A stretch of 64,000 bases of DNA, from contig CAMTVK010000001.1 in assembly GCA_947085185.1 (NCBI GenBank), forward strand, positions 1-64,000, written 5' to 3'. Shown here piece by piece: positions 40,158-49,573 of this stretch. How positions within the stretch are numbered: position 1 is the stretch's first letter; every line of letters begins with the position of its first letter. Both the position numbers and the translations under genes were made by a program. This stretch comes from Candidatus Fraserbacteria bacterium (GTDB lineage: Bacteria > Bipolaricaulota > Bipolaricaulia > RBG-16-55-9 > DRXL01). The notes under the pieces were generated by a model. The model saw only the letters and a list, made by a program, of their open reading frames with translations, had not been told where the DNA came from and did not search any database.

Positions 40158-40810
40158 TGAGAACTCTCTTTGACGTGAGCTCATCGTGGTCGGCTTACAC
40201 GGGGTATCTGATCTTATCGGGGATCCCGTTGTTTATGGCGTTGCCGGCGCCCACCCGCGTGGACGCGCTCCTTGAGCCACGCTGGAGCACGCTCTCGCTC
40301 TTTGCGATGATAGCGCCCCTGCTCTTTGCGATCTTCTCGCTCAACTTTGGGCTGGCCCACGCCAAAGAAAGATTATCCTCCAAAGAGATTCACGTGAGTC
40401 TGCTGGGGCACGTCGGCTTCCTGATGGTCATCAGTCTGCCGTATTGGGCAGTCTTCGAGAGCCTCAGCGGATCTTCTCTGAGTCGTTTGCTAGGAGCTTT
40501 GGGATATGTGATGCTCTACGGGGTGTGTTGGGCCTATGTGGGGGTAGCGCTTGGGCAGCGCTGGCCCTCGGAGATCACGCAGTTTCACATAAAATATGCG
40601 CTGCTGATCGTCAGCATAGTGGGGACGTTCTTTGTGATGCGGCCGCTCAACCCGTTCTTGATGCTCTCGCTCTGGTTTGGCGAAGGCGCTGTCCCGTGGG
40701 GATTTGTGCTCATGGGGTATCTGGGCCTGGCACTGGTGCTGGCCGTTCTTGTACGATGGGGGGTACCCAAAGATTCTGTGAGCGAGGAGGGCTATCGTGA
40801 ACGTGTTTAA
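40154..40810 (+). CDS. Multi-pass membrane protein (ABC-2 permease-like)
   Basis: About six hydrophobic segments and an LNPF motif; coupled to its neighbours. Confidence 0.7.
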   Translation: MMRTLFDVSSSWSAYTGYLILSGIPLFMALPAPTRVDALLEPRWSTLSLFAMIAPLLFAIFSLNFGLAHAKERLSSKEIHVSLLGHVGFLMVISLPYWAVFESLSGSSLSRLLGALGYVMLYGVCWAYVGVALGQRWPSEITQFHIKYALLIVSIVGTFFVMRPLNPFLMLSLWFGEGAVPWGFVLMGYLGLALVLAVLVRWGVPKDSVSEEGYRERV

Positions 40811-42311
40811 ATCGGTGCAGAAGAAGCTGGAGCGTCGGCACCGTTTGATCCAAGGGCTAGCGGCTATGAGCTGGGCGCTGCTTCTGGCACTGGGCTTCAC
40901 GGCGCTTCTCTTAATACTTGGCTCAGTGCAGCTTTTGCCTAAGATATCGCTGGCGGTGTGGGTGAGCGCCCATGTGCTTGTGGGAGGGCTGGCGTTTGGA
41001 GTCGGGTGGTTGCGCCCCTTTGAGAGAGCCGACATGTTCTTTCGCGCCGATCAGAATCTTCATACCCATGAGCTGTTAGTGACGCTGTACGAGCTCAGCA
41101 TGGGATCAGGGCCTCAAGAGTTCTTCCCGGTGCTAGAGAAGCGCCTGGAGCGCCTGGCGCTCGACGGAGCCAAAGCTCTTCCCATCGCTCAAACAGATCG
41201 GTGGCGCTGGGGAGGCGTGCTGGTCCTCGCGCTCTTGTGTGTGGGGATGACAAACGTGCCGGGGATGCCGGTGTGGCAGGAGAGCGAACAGACAGCGACA
41301 TCACCAGAAGGGTCTGCGCCATCCCCCTCACGTGAGCCAGGGCTGGCAGAGTGGCTCCAGAGACCTCCGGCAGATCTCCCTGAAAGACTTGCGTCTTTGC
41401 GAGAGCGCTTCGAGCAAGTCCGCGCGGCATTAGCGCTCAACCCCAACGACCCACGCGCTCGCGCGGCGCTCCAGCAGCTCTATGCAGAGATCAGCCAAGA
41501 GCAAGGGCGCCTCACACTACCGCCTCCGGGGGAAGTCCCCCAGACGCCTGAGCCATCGCGACAGGACGCTTCACTCGCCCAAGGCTCCGCAGGCAATCTG
41601 CAGCCCCCACCCAAGGGAGAGAGCTCACCCAACGATACGGCTCAGCTTGACCAACTTCTCCGGAGCTTACAGGACATTCAAGGGCAGGCACACGATCTCT
41701 CGCCTGAGGAGTTGCAAAAGCTCTTAGATCAAGTGCGCGAGGGGAACCCCTCGCTTGAGTCTCTGCTTGGGGCAGCGCTGCAGCCAGTGCGAAGCCGCGA
41801 AGAGTTCCGAAAAAAGCTCGAAGAGCTCATCAAGAACCTCGAAGAGCGTCAGCGTCTCAGCGAAGAGCTCAAAGATCTCCAACGCCAAGTGCAATCGGCT
41901 CTCTCTCAGTCAGAACCGCAGACGGCTCACCCCGATCAGCCCCAATCTTCTCGTGATACCCAGAGCGCCCAAGTGAAGTCGCCGTCGCCAAATCCACACG
42001 AGAACTCCCAGACCTCTGCAGGATATGGCAAGGCTCCGCTCGATCAGGAAGCGGCTCAAGATTTGCCCAATCTCTCTCAGTGGCGCGAGCGCACGCGATC
42101 GCTACCCGTGCCCGGCCCCCAAGACAAAGAACTTGAGATTCTCTTCGAGATTCTTACTATGGGGCTCCCCCAGGGGACAAACGCCCCAGAGCACTCTGCC
42201 CCCATACAGATAGACTACCAACGAGTGGAGGCCCTGCTCGAGACTTTAGAAATCCCCAGCGAGTTGCGCGAGCCCGTACGACGCTACTTTCTCAGTTTAG
42301 CCCAACGATGA
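40797..42311 (+). CDS. Membrane protein with a Q/E/P-rich coiled coil
   Basis: N-terminal TMs, long coiled coil, C-terminal IPSELREPVRRYF typical of MoxR-cluster proteins. Confidence 0.75.
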   Translation: MNVFKSVQKKLERRHRLIQGLAAMSWALLLALGFTALLLILGSVQLLPKISLAVWVSAHVLVGGLAFGVGWLRPFERADMFFRADQNLHTHELLVTLYELSMGSGPQEFFPVLEKRLERLALDGAKALPIAQTDRWRWGGVLVLALLCVGMTNVPGMPVWQESEQTATSPEGSAPSPSREPGLAEWLQRPPADLPERLASLRERFEQVRAALALNPNDPRARAALQQLYAEISQEQGRLTLPPPGEVPQTPEPSRQDASLAQGSAGNLQPPPKGESSPNDTAQLDQLLRSLQDIQGQAHDLSPEELQKLLDQVREGNPSLESLLGAALQPVRSREEFRKKLEELIKNLEERQRLSEELKDLQRQVQSALSQSEPQTAHPDQPQSSRDTQSAQVKSPSPNPHENSQTSAGYGKAPLDQEAAQDLPNLSQWRERTRSLPVPGPQDKELEILFEILTMGLPQGTNAPEHSAPIQIDYQRVEALLETLEIPSELREPVRRYFLSLAQR

Positions 42312-43315
42312 GTCACGAAAGGAGACCCGTGGCGTTAGAGAAGAAGATCCGCGAGCTTCACGAGAAATTTCAAGCTCTCGTAGAGGAGATCCGCTCGGTT
42401 ATCATCGGCCATGAAGATGTTATTCATCAGACGTTGATCGGGCTGTTGTGCGGGCAGCATCTGCTATTAGAAGGCGTGCCTGGGCTGGGGAAGACGCTGC
42501 TGGTGCGCACCATCGGACAAGCAGTAGGCTTGCGCTTTTCGCGCATTCAGTTTACGCCCGATCTCATGCCCGCGGACATCATCGGGACACGGATCTTGGT
42601 CGAGGACGAAACGGGACGACGCTCCTTTGAGTTTGCCCGCGGCCCACTCTTTGCTCATCTCGTCTTGGCAGACGAGATCAACCGTGCTACTCCCAAGACC
42701 CAATCGGCACTCTTAGAAGCCATGCAAGAGCGGAGCATCACCGTGAGCGGGGAGACGTACAGGCTCGAAGAGCCCTTTATGGTCTTAGCGACTCAGAACC
42801 CCATCGAGATGGAAGGGACGTATCCGCTGCCGGAAGCCCAAATAGATCGGTTCTTCTTCAAAATCTCGCTGCGCTACCCGTCGCTTGGGGAGCTCGAGCA
42901 AATCCTGCAGCGCCACGGCGGCACCCAAGAGTCCGTGTCGGTGCGCCAAGTGCTCACGCGAGAAGAGCTGCTTGAGGCGCAACGTCTTGTAGCGCAGTGG
43001 CCTATAGCGTCCCCGCTGCGACGATACGCGGCGCGCTTGGTCTATGCCACCCAGCCCACTTTCGAAGGGGCGCCACAGCTCGTCAAAAAATATGTCGAGT
43101 ACGGGGCGAGCCCGCGCGCCGCGCTGGCGCTCGTGCGCGGCGCCAAAGCCCATGCGTTCCTCGCGGGCGAACCCCACACCCGCATCGTGGACATCCAAGC
43201 AGTCTTCTATCCCAGCTTGATCCATCGGATCATTCGGAACTTTCGCGGCGAGGCCGAGGGCATCCCCGTCAAGCAGATCCTGCAGCACGTCTATGAGCAT
43301 GTCCAGCCTACGTGA
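42308..43315 (+). CDS. MoxR-family AAA+ ATPase
   Basis: LLEGVPGLGKT, RIQFTPDLMPADI, DEINRATPKTQSALLEAM and GASPR motifs. Confidence 0.96.
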   Translation: MSHERRPVALEKKIRELHEKFQALVEEIRSVIIGHEDVIHQTLIGLLCGQHLLLEGVPGLGKTLLVRTIGQAVGLRFSRIQFTPDLMPADIIGTRILVEDETGRRSFEFARGPLFAHLVLADEINRATPKTQSALLEAMQERSITVSGETYRLEEPFMVLATQNPIEMEGTYPLPEAQIDRFFFKISLRYPSLGELEQILQRHGGTQESVSVRQVLTREELLEAQRLVAQWPIASPLRRYAARLVYATQPTFEGAPQLVKKYVEYGASPRAALALVRGAKAHAFLAGEPHTRIVDIQAVFYPSLIHRIIRNFRGEAEGIPVKQILQHVYEHVQPT

Positions 43316-44171
43316 GCGCTTTGCCGACGAATCTTTCTGGAAGCGCCTGGCGACGCTGCGCTTGTCCGTGCGCGCTCGTGCGGAGGGTCAAGCCGGCCTA
43401 TGGACGACCCGCCGCGTCGGCATGAGCCTCGAATTCGCGGAATACCGAGAATATCATCCCGGAGATGACTTTCGCTCTATCGACTGGAACCTCTACGGAC
43501 GATTAGATCGGCTCTTCGTCAAAGTTTTCCATCGGGAAGAAGAGATCCCCATCTATCTGGTGGTGGACACAAGCCGTTCGATGGCCGTGGGGAATAAGCT
43601 CAGATATACTCTTGAGCTTGCGGGGGCTTTGGCATACGTAGCATTGAAGGAGATGGATCGGGTAGGAGTTTTCGCGTGTGCGCGCGCGCTCCGTCAGGGG
43701 GTGCCGCCGCGGCCCGGGCTCTCTCATATGAACAACATCTTAAATTTTCTCGATTCTCTCACCCCAGCTGGACAGACATCGCTCAACTCGACCCTCGAAG
43801 AGTTCAGCAAGCTCCCGCTCCCCAAGGGCCTAGTCATCGTGCTCAGCGATATGTTCGACCACCACGGGTACGAGCAGGGGCTGCTCCATCTGCTCTTTAA
43901 GAGATTTGAGGTCGCGCTGCTGCACGTCATCGCTGCGGAGGATCTCGATCCACCGGTGCGCACGGACGCGCGGCTTGTGGACAGTGAAGAACCTCACGAG
44001 TTCTCCGTGGGACCTGGGGCGGTCGCACGCTATCGCGCCAACCTCCAAAGATATACGAGCGCTCTCGAAGCGTTCTGTCGAGAGCATCACATCAGATACA
44101 GAATGCTTTCGACGGCACGGCCGCTGGAGCGCGCTCTCTTTGAAGATCTGCGCGGGGTGCTCTTTCTATGA
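43299..44171 (+). CDS. DUF58 domain protein
   Basis: EFAEYREYHPGDDFRSIDWN and DTSRSM motifs. Confidence 0.93.
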   Translation: MSSLRERFADESFWKRLATLRLSVRARAEGQAGLWTTRRVGMSLEFAEYREYHPGDDFRSIDWNLYGRLDRLFVKVFHREEEIPIYLVVDTSRSMAVGNKLRYTLELAGALAYVALKEMDRVGVFACARALRQGVPPRPGLSHMNNILNFLDSLTPAGQTSLNSTLEEFSKLPLPKGLVIVLSDMFDHHGYEQGLLHLLFKRFEVALLHVIAAEDLDPPVRTDARLVDSEEPHEFSVGPGAVARYRANLQRYTSALEAFCREHHIRYRMLSTARPLERALFEDLRGVLFL

Positions 44172-45829
44172 TCTTTCTCAACGCGTGGGCCTTTGGGCTG
44201 TTGGGCTTAGCGGGCGCTCTAGCGCTCTTGTATTTTCTGAGGCGACGCGAGGAGCGCCTGACCGTCTCAGCGATATGGCTCTGGCAGGAGGAGCCGGAGC
44301 GGCCGCGCAGCGCCCTCACTCTCATGCGCACGAAGATCTGGCTCTTATTGATGCAATGGGCAGCACTGGCTGCGCTCGTCTTTGCTCTTGCAGCGCCTAC
44401 CCTCACTCAAGAGTTTCTCGGTGGTGGCACGCTCGCTGTGATCGTCGATGGCAGTGCTTCTATGCAGACCCAAGAACACGAGAAGACGCGCTACGAGCAA
44501 GCTCTCACTATAGCTCAAAAGCTCATCGAGGATCGTCGTCCCAGCCGACTTACCGTGATTCAGGCACAGCGCAGCCCCAAGCTCCTCGTGCCCCTCACGA
44601 CAGAGAGAGCCCAAGCGCTCTCAGCACTCCAGCTCTCCCAGCCTACGCTCCAGAGCGATGCCCCCATGAGCACGCTCATAGAGCTTGTGCGCAGCCAGGG
44701 AGAACTAGAAAGCTTCGACGAGATCGTTTATATCAGCGATCACGCGCCCACGGAAGAAATCCCTATGCGATGGATTCCCGTGGGCACGACGCGCAAGAAC
44801 GTGGCGATCACGGGATTTGCCGCGCGCGCGATGCCCGAGGGATCCTCAGGCGTGACCCTGTGGGCTCGCGTCGAAAATCTCTCGTCGGAGAGCGTCGCAG
44901 GCACGCTCACGTTCTTCGCCGATGACCGCGAGATCTTCCGTGAGCTTGTGGCTCTTGGCCCAAGCGAATCTCGCTCGGTTGAAGCATCCTTCCCTAAGAT
45001 GTTCACTGGGCGCTTCCGTGCCTCGCTCACAGTCTCCGACGACTTTGTCTTCGATAATGAGCGCTATTCTGTGATTCCTGCACGGCCACACCTCAAAATC
45101 CTTTGGCTTGGGGAGCGCAACTTCTTCTTAGAGCGCGCCCTCGATATCTTTGCCGAGCTTCAGATATACCAAGACGACACAGCCGCGTATGATCTTGCTC
45201 TTGCGAACAACACCCACGTGAGCGCTCCCAATGCTTCACGGTTCTTTCTCATCCAAAGCTCCCTAGAGCCGTTGGTGCGCCTGAGGGGGAGCGCTGTTGA
45301 GCCTGACCCCCTGCGGATCCTTCAGCCATCTCATCCCCTGGTGCAGCACGTGCGCGTTGAGCATCTCCGACCGACAAAGCTCCACATCGCTGAGCTGACC
45401 CCCGCAGCACACGTGCTCATCCAAGCAGGAGACCGGCCCGTAGTAGCGCTCTACAGCTCGGAGAGCATCAGATTTGTCTATCTGGGCATAGATCTCAAGA
45501 GCTCGCCCTTGGTGCTGACGCCGAGCTTCCCCATCTTCGTGCAGAGCGCCGTGCGCTGGCTGCTCCCAGACTTTGGGATCTCCCGCGAACAGTTCGTCTC
45601 AGAAGGGCTCGATGCCCCAGGGTTCAGGGAGCAGGGGGCGGTCAATCTCGACCCCAGCGAATCGAAGATCAATCGCTTCAGCGATGGTGGTCAGACTGCG
45701 CCAAGAGAATCTCTAACGACAGAGAGGGCCCATGCACAGCTGCCCCTCTGGTCCTATGGGGCGTGGGCGGCTCTTGGGATATTATGCGCTGAGCTGCTCT
45801 TGTACTATCGGAGGGGGAGAGCGCTATGA
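44168..45829 (+). CDS. BatA/VWA domain protein
   Basis: MIFLNAWA BatA N-terminus, DGSASM MIDAS motif, C-terminal TM. Confidence 0.88.
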   Translation: MIFLNAWAFGLLGLAGALALLYFLRRREERLTVSAIWLWQEEPERPRSALTLMRTKIWLLLMQWAALAALVFALAAPTLTQEFLGGGTLAVIVDGSASMQTQEHEKTRYEQALTIAQKLIEDRRPSRLTVIQAQRSPKLLVPLTTERAQALSALQLSQPTLQSDAPMSTLIELVRSQGELESFDEIVYISDHAPTEEIPMRWIPVGTTRKNVAITGFAARAMPEGSSGVTLWARVENLSSESVAGTLTFFADDREIFRELVALGPSESRSVEASFPKMFTGRFRASLTVSDDFVFDNERYSVIPARPHLKILWLGERNFFLERALDIFAELQIYQDDTAAYDLALANNTHVSAPNASRFFLIQSSLEPLVRLRGSAVEPDPLRILQPSHPLVQHVRVEHLRPTKLHIAELTPAAHVLIQAGDRPVVALYSSESIRFVYLGIDLKSSPLVLTPSFPIFVQSAVRWLLPDFGISREQFVSEGLDAPGFREQGAVNLDPSESKINRFSDGGQTAPRESLTTERAHAQLPLWSYGAWAALGILCAELLLYYRRGRAL

Positions 45830-48354
45830 GCTTGATCTTTGAGGCTCCTGCGGTCTTGCTCTTGCTGATAGCGATTGCTGCGGGACTTTTAGTGATGCGC
45901 ACGCTCGATCTTGCAAGGGCTGAGCGCCTGGCGGTGTATGCCCGCGCCGGGGCGCTCATGATGCTCTGCGTTGCGCTTGCGGGGCCGCGCTTTTCTCAAG
46001 GGGCCTCCCAGCGGTTTATCTATATTCTTGTCGATCGGTCGGCCAGCGTCGGGCTCGATTCTTCTGAGCTCATCAAGATTGTGCAAGCTATCGCACAGCC
46101 CTCCGAGCACACGTTGTATGGGGTCATCAGCTTCGCCAAGGAACCGATGATCGAGGCGGGCTTCGCCCCGGTGCTCTCGCTGCAGGAATTCCAGACCGAT
46201 CCTGAAAAGACTGCGACCGACATCACCAGCGCGCTCTCCCTCGCGTTAGAGACGTTCCCTCGCGCAGGGCGTCGCGAGATTCTCTTAATCACTGACGGGC
46301 AGACGGAAGAGAGCCTCGCAGCCGTGCTGGCGCGCGCGCGCCGCGAAGGCGTGCCCATTCACGTGTGGCCCCTGGGGGGAGATCTCTCTGAAGCTTGGCT
46401 CTCCGACTTCCAAGTCCCCCCTGAGGCTACTCTCCAGATGCCGTTCGCGCTGAGAGTGCGCCTGGGCGCGACAACCCAAGGCACAGGCACTCTCTTGCTC
46501 TATAGAAACGGCGAGCTCATCCAAAATCTCCCCGTCACCTACGACATAGGGCTTCACGAGCTGCGCCTCACAGATAAGCTCGATGCGCCGGGGACGTATT
46601 CGTATCGGGCCTATCTCAAAGCCGAGCCCGATCAGCTCAAGGAGAACAACGAACTCTACGGAGTGACGACTGTTCCGGGCGGACCGCAGGTGCTCCTGGT
46701 CGAGCCTACGGAGAGAGAGAGCCCTGTAGCGCGACTCCTCCGCAGTGCTGGGTTTTCTTTCGAACAGAAGACGCTCAAAGAATTCTCTGCGCTCCCCATA
46801 ACCGACTACAAGGCGATCGTGCTCAATAATATCGCGTTGAGCAGGCTCACCAAGGAGCGTCGGCGCGCCCTCAAGCATTTCGTTGGGAACTTAGGCGGAG
46901 GACTCTTTGTCATTCAGGGCCAAGCCGCCGTCGCAGGCTTAGAAGATCAAACCCCAGAAGAGCTTGCCGATCTCGAAGAGCTCCTCCCCGTCTCGTATCT
47001 TGCTCCGGAGCCCTATCAGATTCCGGGCTTGGCGCTCGTCTTTGTGATGGACCGTTCGGGGAGCATGGGCGACCCTGCCGGCGCAGGACTCTCGAAGATA
47101 GACGTGCTCAAGCGGTCGGCCCTGCGCAGCCTCGAAGTCCTCGATCCCGACGACTGGGTCGGACTGATCGCGTTCGACACCGACTTCGAATGGCTCGTCC
47201 CGCTCAAGCCGTTGGGCAACCGCCAAGAGTTTTTGAGCAACATCCAACGGTTGAGCGCCAACGGCGGCACCGATCTCTATTTTGCTTTAAAATCTGCGTT
47301 CGAGACGCTCGAGAAGACCCCAGCGCGGGTCAAGCATATCTTGGTCTTCACCGATGGGCACAATAACAATAGACGCGAGCGCGAATATCGCGAGCTCTAC
47401 GGGCGTCTTGCCAAGAGTTCTGTGCGCGTCTCCACGCTGGGGATCGATCGGGCGCCCAATGAAGAGTTTCTCGCGGAGCTGGCGGCGGCGGGGCATGGGC
47501 GGTATGAGCGTGTGCAGGAATTTATGGATCTTCCGGCATTCTCGTTGCGCGAGGTCCGACGGATCGCGCGACTGCGCTGGATCGAAGGGCAATCTTCGGT
47601 GCACACCTCCGAGCGCGCCCTTGCGCCCCCGCCAGTTCAGGGCTATGTGCTCACGCATGCGCGTCCTGCGGCTCAGCTTCTCTTGACGGCTGCCCCAGAC
47701 GAAAACCCGCTTCTCGCGTTCCATCACTATGGGCTGGGCCGCGTCGGCGTGCTCAACACCGACTTAGAGGGCCAGGGAGCTCCGGACTGGCTCGTATGGG
47801 AAGGGCTGAACAAGCTCGTTGCTGAGAGTCTCGCTCGGGTCTATCGGAGCATCCCGCGTGAGGGCGAGCTGGCGCTCCAAGCTATCAGAAGCGACGAGAC
47901 TCTGGAGATCGTCGCCGACATGCGCCAGGGGGAGCGATGGGCCTCTGGGATAGAGCTGCGCGCTACGATTGCCGGCCCAACAGACAAAGAAATCCCCCTG
48001 ACACAAGAAGCCCCCGGGCGCTATCGTGCGCAGCTGGAGAGACTTCCTAGCGGACTGTATATGGTGCGTTTAGCAGCTCATCGCCAGGGTGAGCTGCTCA
48101 GCGAAACGACAGCAACGATACCCGTCCCCTACACGGAAGAGTATCGTCGGATTGGGCTCAACAGTGAGCTTGTTGCCCTGGTCACGCGCGCGACGGGCGG
48201 AGAGGTGTTAGAGCGGCCGCAGATGCCGCCGCCGTCGGGGAAGATTGCGCAAGAGAGTTTTGTGGAGCTCTGGCCGTGGGCGCTCGTGCTGGCCTTGGCG
48301 CTCTTTATAATAGACTTAGCTGTGCGCAAGCTGTGGTGGCTCATCGAACGCTAA
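45826..48354 (+). CDS. Double-VWA membrane protein with a GATase-like domain
   Basis: DRSASV and DRSGSM MIDAS motifs, TDG motifs, YGLGRV. Confidence 0.88.
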   Translation: MSLIFEAPAVLLLLIAIAAGLLVMRTLDLARAERLAVYARAGALMMLCVALAGPRFSQGASQRFIYILVDRSASVGLDSSELIKIVQAIAQPSEHTLYGVISFAKEPMIEAGFAPVLSLQEFQTDPEKTATDITSALSLALETFPRAGRREILLITDGQTEESLAAVLARARREGVPIHVWPLGGDLSEAWLSDFQVPPEATLQMPFALRVRLGATTQGTGTLLLYRNGELIQNLPVTYDIGLHELRLTDKLDAPGTYSYRAYLKAEPDQLKENNELYGVTTVPGGPQVLLVEPTERESPVARLLRSAGFSFEQKTLKEFSALPITDYKAIVLNNIALSRLTKERRRALKHFVGNLGGGLFVIQGQAAVAGLEDQTPEELADLEELLPVSYLAPEPYQIPGLALVFVMDRSGSMGDPAGAGLSKIDVLKRSALRSLEVLDPDDWVGLIAFDTDFEWLVPLKPLGNRQEFLSNIQRLSANGGTDLYFALKSAFETLEKTPARVKHILVFTDGHNNNRREREYRELYGRLAKSSVRVSTLGIDRAPNEEFLAELAAAGHGRYERVQEFMDLPAFSLREVRRIARLRWIEGQSSVHTSERALAPPPVQGYVLTHARPAAQLLLTAAPDENPLLAFHHYGLGRVGVLNTDLEGQGAPDWLVWEGLNKLVAESLARVYRSIPREGELALQAIRSDETLEIVADMRQGERWASGIELRATIAGPTDKEIPLTQEAPGRYRAQLERLPSGLYMVRLAAHRQGELLSETTATIPVPYTEEYRRIGLNSELVALVTRATGGEVLERPQMPPPSGKIAQESFVELWPWALVLALALFIIDLAVRKLWWLIER

Positions 48355-48414
48355 GAGATTTGTCTTGGGGGGCTCTTTTTGCTATTATGACTGTAATTTT
48401 CAGGAGGTGGTCGA

Positions 48415-48840
48415 ATGTTCGAGCGCATCTTTAGTGGGGTCAGTCATTGGGCGACGATCCCCTTGCGCTTAGCTTTAGGGATTATCTTTGCTGCGCACGG
48501 CTGGCAGAAGTTTGCCGGGGGATTAGATAATGTCGCGGGATTCTTTGGGGGTGTGGGGATTCCGTTGCCGCAGGTCGCGGCGTTTGTTGTCGCTTTCGTT
48601 GAGCTTGTGGGTGGGATCGGTTTGATTGTGGGGTTCTTCACGCGCTATTGGGCACTGTTGCTCTCGATAGTCATGATCGTCGCGATCTTCACGGTGAAGC
48701 TGCCCAATGGGCTGTTGGGGAGTCCGGGGCGTCCGGGGTATGAGCTGGACTTGGCGCTCTTAGTGGGGTGCTTGGCGCTCTTGCTGTGGGGTCCAGGGCC
48801 GATCTCGCTGGAACGCGCGATCTTTAATAAAGAACTGTAG
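48415..48840 (+). CDS. DoxX family membrane protein
   Basis: RLALGIIFAAHGWQK, ELVGG, GYEL and GPGPISL motifs. Confidence 0.93.
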   Translation: MFERIFSGVSHWATIPLRLALGIIFAAHGWQKFAGGLDNVAGFFGGVGIPLPQVAAFVVAFVELVGGIGLIVGFFTRYWALLLSIVMIVAIFTVKLPNGLLGSPGRPGYELDLALLVGCLALLLWGPGPISLERAIFNKEL

Positions 48841-49010
48841 TCACCCAATTTTCACCCGCTCTCCATGTACTCAGAACGGAACGTTCAGTACTCTAGAAGT
48901 AATCTTCTAAACATGTACAGAACCTCCTTGCAGGGACAAGGGGAAGAGCGCAAGCACCCACAAGAGCGACGAGCCCCGCAGCCTGGGGCTCGCATTCTCT
49001 TCTCTGAGCC

Positions 49011-49523
49011 ATGGACACTGCACGTCTGATAGTCACGCAGCTGCAAAAGCAATTGGAGGCAGCCTATCGTACCAGTCGCTGGCACTCCCTCAAAAGAGCA
49101 TTAGATGGCATAAAACCCGACGAGGCCCTCTGGCAACCGCCGCATTATAGGGGCTTTGCTTGGTCAAAGGGTTCAATCGTCGAGATCGTCTTTCACGTGG
49201 CGGGCGATACGCTCTATCAGCTCGACTACGCGTTTGGGGAGGGCCAGCTCACCTGGGAGACGCTCACCGAGCGCTTCCGGCGCGACGGAGGCGATCTGAA
49301 AGCCGCACAGAAGCTGCTCGACGAGAGCTGTGCGCTTGTGCAAGAACATCTGAAGAAGCTCACCGACGCCGAGCTGGCCCGCACCTATACAGCTCCCGAC
49401 GGCAAGACCCGCAAGACTGTGGGAGAACTCTTTCAGATGCTCCTGGAGCATTTTCTCTATCATGCCGGGCAGATCGTCTATATTCGCTGCTTGTGGGCCG
49501 GCTTACACCCCCAAGAGCCCTGA
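49011..49523 (+). CDS. DinB/DUF664-family protein
   Basis: SIVEIVFH … EHFLYHAGQI metal-binding histidines. Confidence 0.85.
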   Translation: MDTARLIVTQLQKQLEAAYRTSRWHSLKRALDGIKPDEALWQPPHYRGFAWSKGSIVEIVFHVAGDTLYQLDYAFGEGQLTWETLTERFRRDGGDLKAAQKLLDESCALVQEHLKKLTDAELARTYTAPDGKTRKTVGELFQMLLEHFLYHAGQIVYIRCLWAGLHPQEP

Positions 49524-49573
49524 TGCAGGTCATGGCGCTCCCCGAGAGACTCGACTTAAAATAACAGAGCGCC

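Noticed and set aside
43906..44925. 339-aa plus-strand ORF
   Set aside because: Alternate frame over DUF58 and BatA genes; Arg/Ser/Ala-rich junk composition.
48874..48888. LexA/SOS box upstream of the DinB-family gene
   Set aside because: GAAC and GTTC are 5 nt apart, not the 4 of the Gram-positive box.
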